DNA of 52,423 bases, counting the filler, from Streblomastix strix (lineage: Eukaryota), in NCBI GenBank assembly GCA_008636045.1. It is 2 parts of 2 records of this genome, joined end to end, with 100 filler letters (N's around TTAATTAATTAA, not from the genome) between each part and the next. Parts side by side here need not be neighbours in the genome. Positions count along the whole stretch, not along the records: positions 26,285 to 52,423 come from SNRW01000178.1; 1 more part is not named here. One strand, given 5' to 3'. Under the pieces are notes generated by a model, which was not told the origin of the DNA, ran no database searches, and was given only the letters and a program-made list of their open reading frames with translations. Positions 40,295-52,423 of the stretch are shown here, in pieces. Position 1 is the stretch's first letter; each line of letters opens with the position of its first letter. The position numbers and the translations under genes are program-made.

Positions 40295-41390
40295 TCAGTT
40301 CTTACTCATTTCATAACTTTCAATTCCAACAAAATTTGTCTGATCCACCTAAAAATATAGAAAAATGGAAACAAGTAAAAAAATAGAAAAAATGAAAATA
40401 AGAAAAAAAATTAAAAGCGTGTAATAAAATTTAAACAATTTACTTCAAATGCGTTTTTATATATATTAATAAAAACCCTTTTCACGAGCAGCCCATGGTA
40501 ATCGAGCTGAGTTCTTCACAGGGTTTTGCGCTCTTTCTCTGTTGTATTTAGTTCCAATAGCCTTCCTCACACCCATCTGTGTATATCTATTGAGTGTAAA
40601 TAGATATTGAAAATAAATAGTCATTGAAAAAATAAAAATAATATTAAATCTAATGAATTCTTATTTATTTATCCATTTAGTACCTGTTTGCTACATGCTC
40701 CCTGGCTCTATCAGATATGGATCCAATATCCAAACTCAGTGGTGATTCATAAGTATGAAGCGGCAATTCATTTTGCGGCTGTGGTTGAACTTGGATTGGT
40801 GCAGTTATTTTATTATTTTGTTCATTTTTTGATTTTTCGACTGATTATGCAATTATTTCTTATGAAATATTTTATTTGGAGGGGTTTTATGCTTATTTTT
40901 CTTTTTAATCAGTTTATTACTGTTCTAAATCTGCTAGTTTAGCTCGTTTTCGTTTGTTTTTCTTATTTTTAATAATTTCTTTTGAATCTGATGATTATTA
41001 TGAAGATGTAGAAGAAGAATTTGATTCTGAACGAGATTTGTGTTATTTTTAATGTTTATGTTTATAATCATGCTCATGATAAGATCTTTTTCTTTTAACT
41101 TTTTTCTTTGTATTTAAAGAAGATTATGATGATTCATCATCAGAATCAGATTCTTTTTCTGATCTTCTGTGTTTATTATGATGCTTATGATATTTTTATT
41201 TTTCTTTTTCTTCTATTTTCTTGCGACTGCTGCTTTTGTGGTGTTTCTTACCAATGCTTTTCAACAATTATGTAATAAGTAACTGTTCTGCAACGCTAGT
41301 TTGTTAAGAATCAGTTTTCGAATCATTTTTATGGGTATGAGATGATTCAGAGGTCGATCTTTCTTTCTTTTCACGATCAACGTGACTCAT
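40295..41390 (-). CDS. Hypothetical Lys/Ser/His-rich low-complexity protein, three exons
   Basis: MSHVDREKKERSTSESS...SISDRAREHVANR / YTQMGVRKAIGTKYNRERAQNPVKNSARLPWAAREK / VDQTNFVGIESYEMSKN-TGA with consistent GT-AG junctions. Confidence 0.7.
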
Positions 41391-42187
41391 TCTTAAATAT
41401 TATTATAAAACAAATATAAATTTAAAGAATAAATTGAATTAAAATTCAATAAACAAATGAATTTTCAATAAATTAACTTTAATGCTGAAAATATTCTAAA
41501 GCTATTGCGTTAATGTAGGCTAAATTTAATGAAATTGATTAAAAGTTACATAAAAACAGAGATAATATAAAAATAAAATAAAATAGTTATCGAAATTCAG
41601 TGAAGCTGGCGATTTAATTTCAGTTATATATCAGAAGAGTTTATTGACTGTTTTCACAAGTTTGACTAACTGTTTTGTTTTAAAAGTATTTATAATATAT
41701 AATCAAAAATGATTCAAATGAATGTTCTCAATAATACATAAGGGTCATGCAAGAAATTGCTTATGGCATTAATCCTAACTGTTCTCAACATTTAGACCTC
41801 TGCAAATTTAGATACTGATTTATATTATAAGAAAAACCATGTACAATAACTTACTATATGCCATACTACGCGAGCCACAATAATAAAAGAAATATATGCT
41901 TGGCGAAAAATTGCACTTTTAACTACATTTTCTCAATCAGAATTGTATATTGAACAAATTTTCTGCTCATAAATTTTATTAATTATTATTTTATGTATGA
42001 TATTTTTCTTTATACCTTATTTAACTTTATTTATATTAAATTTTCATTGCTCTTAATAAATCGAGCGAATATATGCTTTTAATAAATTATACATTGTTAT
42101 ATTTTATGTTTTCAATTTATAACATATTTAATACATATAATAAATACAATTTTTAAGAATAATTCTACTTATTAACGTACGTCACAG

Positions 42188-42253
42188 ATGCAGATATTTG
42201 TGAAAACCTTTGATGGTAAAACCATCGTACTTGATGTGGAGATGGAAGATACG
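42188..42253 (+). pseudogene. Truncated ubiquitin repeat (first 22 codons)
   Basis: [22 protein letters not shown], near-identical to 42380-42445, then similarity ends. Confidence 0.85.
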
Positions 42254-42379
42254 AGCCAATTTAATAAGAGATATATACACAAGCTGAAAAAATGCACATT
42301 AAACAAGATTTTCTCACATAGTAATTTAAATACAACAGCTATTTAGATTTTAAATATTTTATTTATATTTTTATTAGAA

Positions 42380-42822
42380 ATGCAGATATTTGTGAAAACC
42401 TTTGATGGCAAAACGATCATAGTGGAAGTAGAGATGGAAGATACGATTGATGATGTGAAGCACAAAATCCACGAGAAGGAAGGAATACAACCTGACCAAC
42501 AACGACTGCTACTTGCGGGCAAGCAGCTTGAAGACTCAAGGACATTGGAAGAATATGGCATTCGGAAGGATACATTACTGCATTTAGTACTTAGGCTTCG
42601 TGGCGGTGTACTAATCAATTCACAAGTTTGTAAATTATTTAATTTAGGAAATTATTTGGAAAATATAAGATCAATCTATTCAATTCATTCATTTTTGCAT
42701 TTCATTTTAATAGAACTCTTTGTTATTTCATATCACAATGGTGAAGCAATCAAACTGGGACTCACACTGAACGAATAATAAACAAATCTAATCATGTAGC
42801 AATATATGTTTAATAAAAATGA
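42380..42822 (+). CDS. Divergent ubiquitin with C-terminal extension
   Basis: [18 protein letters not shown]...[10 protein letters not shown] (42380-42607). With TAA=Gln the first in-frame TGA is 42820-42822. The extension may contain an intron. Confidence 0.88.
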
Positions 42823-42913
42823 CATATTTTATTTTTATTACATGTATAAAGACACAAAACCCCCTCACTTTTTAAACAAATTGATGTTAATCCGTGTTTG
42901 TAAAACAATAAAC

Positions 42914-44486
<1,573 letters not shown>

Positions 44487-44830
44487 CTAAGCAGAGATTA
44501 TGGTAAATTAAATTAATTATTAAGAGTAATAATCAAACCTCAAAGAGAATTTTCTATGAAAAATTTTATTAGCAACAAAAGATTTATAAGTTAGTATAAT
44601 TTGTAAGCAAAATTTTTTTGCTGAATATAATGATTCTTAAAAATTTTACTAAAATTCTTGTTAAAAAATAAATTATTCATGATTATATTTTCTTTTACAA
44701 GTGTCTTCATAGATTCAATGTAATTTTTTGTTTTTATAATAATTTTTGATGATGTAAAATAAGCAGATAATATTTTCAAAATTGTAAATCTCTTCAATTC
44801 TTTAATAAAATTATCGGAGATATAGCAGTA

Positions 44831-45757
44831 CAGTAAGGCTACGTTTTTCGTTATTCGTTAGCTTTTTTACTAGTCTACTCCAAAAAAATCAAATACGCGC
44901 TAATTTCAGAAAATATTTTAATATCAATGAAAAATTGAAACGATAAATTGAATAAATTTGCTGGAAAATTTATTTAAACTTAAATTGTATTATTGAATCT
45001 GCCGTAAGCAACGATTTTAAACGAAAATAAATTTTAAAAAAAGTTTATATAAAAAACGGTAGCTAAACACAAAATAAAAATGTAAATACAAAAATAAAAA
45101 AATAAATCTACATAAATTATGATTTTGGGTGAAATTGGTTGGGTAGATCGCTAGAATAGCACTATTTATTAAAATTTCATCCAACTCCAGTCCGTATCGT
45201 TCCAATTTTGAACATGACTGTAGATAAAAAGTGTTTTATATGAATATAATCTTTTAAAAGTGGATGGCAACAAACCTTGCAAAGCTAAAAGATTGCCTGG
45301 ACGGTCAAAACAAACATAATTTTGATAAATATTAATATAAAATAATGTTAACTTATATAATTCGCAAACATTCATAGTTTGAACTGCAATTGTACGTTGG
45401 CACTATCAAAATCTGCAAATCAAATTATTCAAAATTTTTGAATATTTGTTTAAGTGTATTGGTTGTAAAATTGTTATAATTTTAATATGTATATTATTTA
45501 ATTACGCAAATAATAAAAATATTGATAGTTAAATATAAAAAAAACGAAGTATCTTGGAAGTTACTGAGCAAATTGTAGATCTGCGAAATTCCGCTCGTAT
45601 TAGCGAATTATCTTAGTTTTGTGTCAAAAATTATTGTAACAAGGGTTTATATTATGAAGTAAAACAGAAATTCTATGAGTACTGTAATGTCTTTGCAAAA
45701 TTAAACATTTGAATTTAACCAAAATGCTAACGAATAACGAAAAACATCGCCTGACTG
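44831..45757. mobile_element. Non-autonomous Tc1/mariner-type element (MITE), 927 bp
   Basis: Left TIR CAGTAAGGCTACGTTTTTCGTTATTCGTTAGC versus right-end reverse complement CAGTCAGGCGATGTTTTTCGTTATTCGTTAGC (29/32). TA on both flanks (44829-30, 45758-59). Confidence 0.88.
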
Positions 45758-46064
45758 TATAAAGAAATTAAATTAAATTATGGCTAAAATTTTGGCCAAA
45801 AAGCCAGCCATTTTGGCTGGCGAAAGCCTGCAAATTATCAATATAAAAATTTTATATATGATTTATAATATATATTTTGTTAACTCGACGTATCCCAAGC
45901 CAAAGCATTCCTCGCAAAGTTTGAAAAATGCAGGAAATTTTCATATCTCTAACCTGTGGTTTTGTAGTTGTAGAAATTTATAAAAATAATTAGTACTTTA
46001 GTTATTATTAATATTTTAATAAAGTTATAAAATTATCTTTATTCTCGATTATTTAGAGCGAATA

Positions 46065-49000
46065 ATGGATTAATCTTCAAATTCCCAATGATCAAATGAT
46101 TTATAATTATAATCAACTAATTCACAATAATCGTCAATTTAGTCTTCTGTAAATGAAGAGCTGAAAATGTCTGATTTGTATGAATAAACGATCCATCGCG
46201 ACGGTAAGAAAATAATGAATACATGTAGGATATATAATATTAAATCATTAAATTAAACAATTTTATAATATTCTTCACGAGAAAATAAGAATAAATAAAC
46301 AGGAACATATTACTAGTGTTTATGCGAATCTTCTGGTAAGCAATGATATTTTGATGTTAGAAAAGAAATAATTCATGTTCTTGATAAGAAAAAGAAATTA
46401 CCGGCAATTTTTGACTTAGAATCAGCAAAAACTGAAGAAAGTGATTAAGAATAATAACCTTCATATTATCATAAGTGTAAATTCTCCATTCATATATTAA
46501 AATTATAAAATCAATAATAATAAAATTTGGATTTTTAAATTGTAAAGTGTCTTGTTTAAATGAATTCTCCACTGGATTAATAGTTACACTATATGTACTT
46601 CTGTTAAATTCAATGAAAGTATAGTATTCAAACAATGACAAAACCACTGAATAAAATTTATGAATAAAGAATAAAAAATCAGGAACAATAATGATATAAA
46701 ATGTAGCAAAAGATATTTAAAAAATCTAATAAATATAGGAAATGAAAGATGTTAGAGTAACAATATAAATTGACTTCGGATCGAAACATAATCATCATCT
46801 TAATACAGCAACCATCATAAATCATAATGCGTCACCTCCAGTATCAATATTACTTGCAGTGAATACGTCGGGTACTACAAAGGAAGATTTTTTGCTATTT
46901 AGTTCATGAGTTATCTAAGATATTTATTCAATTGGAACTGCGACCAGTGGCCATTGTCACAGATGACTTGATTCGCCAAGTAGACGCATTCTCTCTGAAA
47001 AGTAAATAAAAAACACTAAGTGCTTTGATTTATGTAATTTGAAAACTTCAAAACCTCTACACCAACAAAATAATTAATAAGTACAACAAAAAATAATTTC
47101 ATCAGAACATTTTAATCCATTATTTACATAAATATAGTAAAAAGAATAATAATTTTCTAAATAAATAACAATTTAATAGTTACAAGCTCAATACAAACAA
47201 AGCATATTTTCTACACCATTATAAAGTTAATATTAATAAATATATAAGATTTTTATTAAATTGCCGTGGCCAAATTAACAAGTTTTCTAAAATATATTAA
47301 ACAACACATTAAATTCATAATTATAATTATCTTCTGAAGAATTAAATTCAAAAATATTATTATTAATGTTTAAATATTAAATTCAACAAGAAATTTGGAT
47401 TATAAAGCCTATTGAAAATTAAAATGAAATATCTCTTTTCCAATCCTCACTTCATTTATCCAAATAAATTATTGACAAAAAATTAACTCCAAAGAGTTAA
47501 AGAATTCTATCATTGTTAGGAAATCCTACATCAATTCATTCATCATTAAATAATATTACAATGAATAATGAATAATTCACTTCACATCTGAGAACAGATT
47601 ATGAATTTTAATAAATTTAATGTTTCAAATTACCAAAAAAAATAATTAAATTAAATATAATATTAACAGAATATTAATAATCACTTAATAATTAAATTAA
47701 TTCAATTAATTAACAAACATCTTTTTTACCAAAATAATCATTAATAAAAAATAAAAATATAATTATTAAATAAAAGTATTTAAGCATTAGAAGAAAGATA
47801 ATTAATAAAATTGAATAAATGATTAATGAATTTAAATTAGAAATTAAAGAACTAAACACCCTCTTCCACTCCAGAAGCATATCACATCTAATTAATTTAA
47901 CATTTTCATAAATCTGTGATGTGGTAGAATTATTCAAAGAAACAATTGACGACTGCTGACATATGTGTCAGCAGTTGCATTCAATAGACTGTATCAGGTT
48001 GATTGGAGCAAGGCTTTTACGATTTAGTCCAACACGCTGGTTGGATCTGTGTAGATCTTTGCAATTCATGTTAGAAAAAGAAAGTCTAATTAAACTACAT
48101 ACCTCTTTAGCAGATGAAGATTTTATATAAATATGATCATTATACCTTATTCTTGAACCGTTTCGATCTTTAATCGCTTGCGAAGAGTAATCATCTTCAA
48201 AACTGTGCTATGTATTCCCTATATTGATGGAAGCATTTTATTATTATTCTTATCTTCAAAAGTTGACTGATCGAGATTTCCCCTAATTATTTAAGTACTT
48301 AAGTGCTGAGTTAAGCATAAGACTATTTGAGAATACGTTAGGCTCATATTTAGGCGCGTTGTACGCTATTTCTTTCTCTATGACTTTCAATGGCAGGCTG
48401 ATAATGTTGAAATCCTCAAAAATTTTCTTCGATTCTGATGAAAGTGTAGATCTTAGTGAACATAATGATTGCTAGTTATTTGATTTTATCAGACTTCAAG
48501 ATTATTTTTTAGAAATTTACTTTGACAAAGAAGAAAGATTAAAAGATGAAATCAAAATTAGGAAACACTTTATTAAAATTAAGGAAAAAATTAAAGAAAA
48601 ATAATTAAATAATAATAAAAGAAAAAGAAAAAAGTAAGAAAATAAAAAAGAATTGAAAAAAAATTAATAACAGATAAAGATTAATAGGTGGAACATGAAG
48701 AAGAAGAATTAATTATGTTAGAGAATACATTATTAAATTCTTTATAATAAATTAACTAATAAGAAGTTGATGATAAATTCAAATCCGACTTATTAAGTAA
48801 AGATTACAAATATTGTTAAAATGAAGATTAGGAATATATCCTAGAAGAAACTTAATAATTAGAAAGATACACGAATTAAGTTTAAAGATAAACAGTTAGA
48901 ATTCAAAAAGCATTATAAAAATAAACTTTATAACAAACTATTTCATCTGAATCGCCTTCACTTCATAATATTTCACCTTCACTCAAACATTTAACACCAA

Positions 49001-49550
49001 CTAAGAATCTTAATTTCCCTTATCAAAAACTAAAATCATCTTCAAATATATTGAAATCACTTCTTATAGATTCAAATCCCAAATTATAAGAAATACCAAC
49101 TTCATTATTAGAATCTAAGCTTCATCGTGATCTATTTCATGAAGTTCTTTCAATGCCTTTGAATAAATTAATTAAGGACATATTTCTAGACATCCTTGAA
49201 AATGCATAGCACGTAAAAGATGCAAATATTCGATAAGCAGTTTTAACAAATCTATAATATTTTTGAGCTGGATCATTGTAATCAAATAATTAGGAATTAT
49301 TAGAGTTATCTTCTGTTGACTTTTGGGTTTTTTTGGAATATTCAAATGAATAGGCAATATCAGTTTTGGCGAGATTCGCTGCGGACTTATTTTCACCATT
49401 ATCTCAAGAAGCTGATGTTGAAAGGGTGTTTAGTATTATTTCTCGCATTGTTGATGATTCTAGGGACAGTCTTACCGATGAAAATATTTTTTTATTTAAC
49501 ATCAATTGCTATGTTAATTAGATATAAATCAAAAAATGAAATTAATTAAT
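46065..49550 (+). pseudogene. Decayed hAT-superfamily transposase (ends approximate)
   Basis: Ordered motifs: VTIQID (about 46756), VAIVTD (about 46947), HSRSISHLINL (degenerate CxxH, about 47867), SPTRW (48026-48040), ILEPF, SQEADVERVFS (49402-49434). Many TGAs and frameshifts. Confidence 0.85.
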
Positions 49551-49619
49551 AATTTATTTATTATTTTAAATTTATTATATATTATTTTATAAATAAAATA
49601 TTTAATCATACATTAAATT

Positions 49620-50803
49620 ACATGAATCTCTCGGAATTAAGAAATTAACTCTCTTTTATTGTGTAAATGATAAAATATTATTATATAAAGTAAATGATCT
49701 TTCTAATGCACCTCCAGCTCCAGTAACTGAATTTGTTGTACTTCTTTCAGCTAAAGATTACCAAAATTCTAATGATACAGATGGAGCTATTGCACAATTA
49801 ACTAAACCATTCTCTTAAATAAGTAACTGCTTAACTTAATCGTTAAATATCTTATTTTATTAATCTATTGGATAATGAAGATCTTTTACGTTCAGATTCT
49901 TTTCTTTATATATTAATTTTACCTAGTAATGATTTAGTTCTCAAAGATAAACATAATTTATCATGTCATAATCTATTTGCATTATCACATGAACAACAAG
50001 ATAATAAAAATGAATCTCTATTCTATGCACATCTTAAAGAATTATGTTCAGCATGAATTGTTAAGTTATTAGCAATATTGTGTTTATCTAAATCAAATAT
50101 ACATAATATTCCATTATCTAAAGTTGCAAGAATACGGTAATCATCCTATTAAAATGCTCATCCAAATATTTTATTTGAATGTCCTACTGCTGTTTCAAAA
50201 CAAGTAAATCTACCTCTTACATTATAAATAGAAACAGATCTATCAACAAATGTATAAAACATTCTTTAATCTTTACTTGATTAACTCTTGAAGATCCTTA
50301 TGATTATTTATGTTTAGTTTCAGGTGTAATTTCACTTTATTAAAATTGAAATTTATTTGATGCAAAGAAGGTTAATGATAACGTTCCAGTTGTATGCATA
50401 TGTATTGTAGTTGGCATCTTTTAAGAAATATTCCATAATTTAATAACATCAATTCTTTCACTTACTGTTGCAAAACCATCAGACTATTATTTAATCCATA
50501 CAACTGATGTAATACCTGTACTCTCATGATCAAAACATATCTCTACTTAAAAAGTTATTAATATATTAACATTAATAATTATTATTGTAAATATAATAAT
50601 ACATTCATGTTCACTATTTTGAGTTGTATCAAATGTACTCATTTCTTCACTAGATAATACAACGAGCTACAAATTTACTAGCTCTATAACTCAAATCAAA
50701 TATAATTTGACTGTATTGAAACCTGAAAATAAATTTAACAATATTTAATAATATATAATGTTGCAATACTTGACATACCAACGCATGAACATGACATATC
50801 CAT
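49620..50803 (-). pseudogene. WD40-repeat gene fragment, WDR17-like (3' end approximate)
   Basis: GITSVVWI...FATVSERIDVIKLWNIS and FVDRSVSIYNV...GHSNKIFG*AFQQDDYRILAT...LCIFDL. In-frame TGAs and frameshifts. Confidence 0.6.
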
Positions 50804-52300
50804 CAATTAATTCGCAAATTATTGATGAATAGTACAATTATATACGAATTTAAACTAAAATATAAAAATTGTATAGGAAAATTTAATCAAAATTATGTAA
50901 TTAACTCTTACTGTCAAGAAAAAAGACTTTTACATTTGATTATGTGCGAATTTATTTAGCGTGAAATTTAGGATTTTTTAAATAATAATAGTGATCTCAA
51001 GCATATATTTTGCTAATTAAATTATAAATTATTCAGAAATGATGTTATTAGGTGAGTTGTTCATAAATTTTTATTTGAAAAATTGAACAGTCATTTTTGA
51101 TGTGAATATTAAGTATAATTTTGCATAAATCATAAATTTTATTAAAACTATTAAAATGAATTATATTAAATAAAATTTATATCAAAATTTATGTTATCAA
51201 GCCTGTAAATCGCATTTTTAATGGTTTCAGTTTGGGTATAATAATTCAGGTAATTATTAATTAAATTAGATAATTAATAAGTATATAAAATGAATTGATT
51301 CAAAAAAATACAGAAAATAATAATGCCTGAAGAAATTGAGCAGTGAAAAATATTCGAAATTTTTTGCATTAAAATCCAAAGAAGTGCTTTGGCTTGGGTA
51401 CTCAACAGTTAAAAGTTGTTGTATAATAAAAAATTATAGTTCAATTTTTTATTTAAATAGTTAATATTGATTTTGGCTCTCCGGCTGCCGAAATAGCCAA
51501 AATGACCAGGCCTAAATTAAATCTTGATGAACCAATTTGATTATAGATAAGAATAGTAAGTAGGTATTGTTTATATGACATATATAGATTATGAAATATT
51601 AATGTTCGTAAAAATTTCATTTCAGTTAAATAATTTATAAAGAAAGTGATAATGGAACTATTAAGCGTTGGTGGAGGTTGTGGAGAAGAAAATGATTCAA
51701 CTATTCAAAGTTCACTAATAAAAATAAATAAAATATTTGAATTCAATATCGAAAATTTTAAATGTAAAACAAATATTTTCGTATGAAATAAATACCAATT
51801 TAAGCAGAAAAAAATTAAAAAATTAAAAATGTCGATCAGCACTATACTTAAAAAATTTGAAAATTCGTTTTGCAGATAGAACAAATACTATTATAAGTAC
51901 ACACTAAAAATTTAATTATACAAACATTGTAGTAAATATTTTATAGATTTAAATGAATATTATTTTCTTATTAATCGCTAGTTATCAATTTTTTTATTAA
52001 TAATATTTGCAGAGTTTGCTGCTTAATCCAGTATAATTATACATATATGATATAATAATTTGATATATATCTGTAAAGTAAATCTTTTCAAACAACAATT
52101 GTTTTATTTATGGATGACGGAGAGTTAAATGCGAAAAATACGCCATGTTTGCTGATAAAACAAGTTATATTACAATTACATACAAAAAATTTAATTATAC
52201 AAACACAACATTCCATTTATCTGATTCATAAATGATTTTCATTTCTTATTCATCGTTAATTATAGATTTTATTTATAATTATTTTTACAGAGCTTTCAAC

Positions 52301-52423
52301 ATGATTCTGCTGTTTATTGCACTCACTGCACTCGGGAATCCTTTCACCCTTAGCAAACATATAACCATGGGTATAACTGCTTCTGATGCAGATACATGCC
52401 CCAAAGAACCTGAAGAATTGCTT
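52301..52423 (+). CDS. 5' start of a putative secreted protein (runs off the window)
   Basis: MILLFIALTALGNPFTLSKHITMGITASDADTCPKEPEELL: signal-peptide-like N-terminus, with a rise in GC content. Confidence 0.55.
   Translation, partial: MILLFIALTALGNPFTLSKHITMGITASDADTCPKEPEELL

Noticed and set aside
41709..41990. Possible ORF or tyrosine-recombinase remnant
   Set aside because: No catalytic motif recognisable, so too weak to call.
45017..45375. ORFs inside the MITE as a transposase
   Set aside because: No DDE/D or helix-turn-helix motifs seen.
51640..51725. LLSVGGGCGEENDSTIQSSL coding-like patch
   Set aside because: Probably a scrap of a multicopy host family, too short to support a feature.
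51906..52205. 21-bp direct repeat AAAAATTTAATTATACAAACA (51906 and 52185)
   Set aside because: Only two AT-rich copies with no associated structure, so a likely small local duplication.

Overview
Very AT-rich eukaryotic DNA with short GT-AG introns. It uses a non-standard genetic code (TAA/TAG = Gln, TGA the only stop), so the supplied ORF track misses most real genes. The code, intron style and gene families suggest an oxymonad such as Streblomastix strix (inference; ciliates and some diplomonads share this code). An artificial 100-nt linker (26185-26284) joins two probably unrelated contigs. Contig 1 (1-26184) is one giant palindrome: two apparently identical 12,910-bp arms around a 364-bp spacer, most likely a whole-genome-amplification fold-back chimera. 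Each arm carries a decayed endogenous Polinton-like virus and a host sugar-porter gene. The viral genes are a packaging ATPase, two fibre-like genes, a probable major capsid protein, a probable integrase N-terminus, a pPolB C-terminus and a tiny adenovirus-protein-VI-like amphipathic protein. Contig 2 holds a giant intron-rich beta-helix-type membrane protein gene, a flavin-reductase-like gene, a stand-alone REXO1-N-terminal-like gene with a GC-AG intron, a divergent ubiquitin and alanine aminotransferase. It also holds a 927-bp Tc1/mariner-type MITE, a decayed hAT transposase and a WD40 pseudogene. All protein calls come from manual translation and motif recognition, not database searches.
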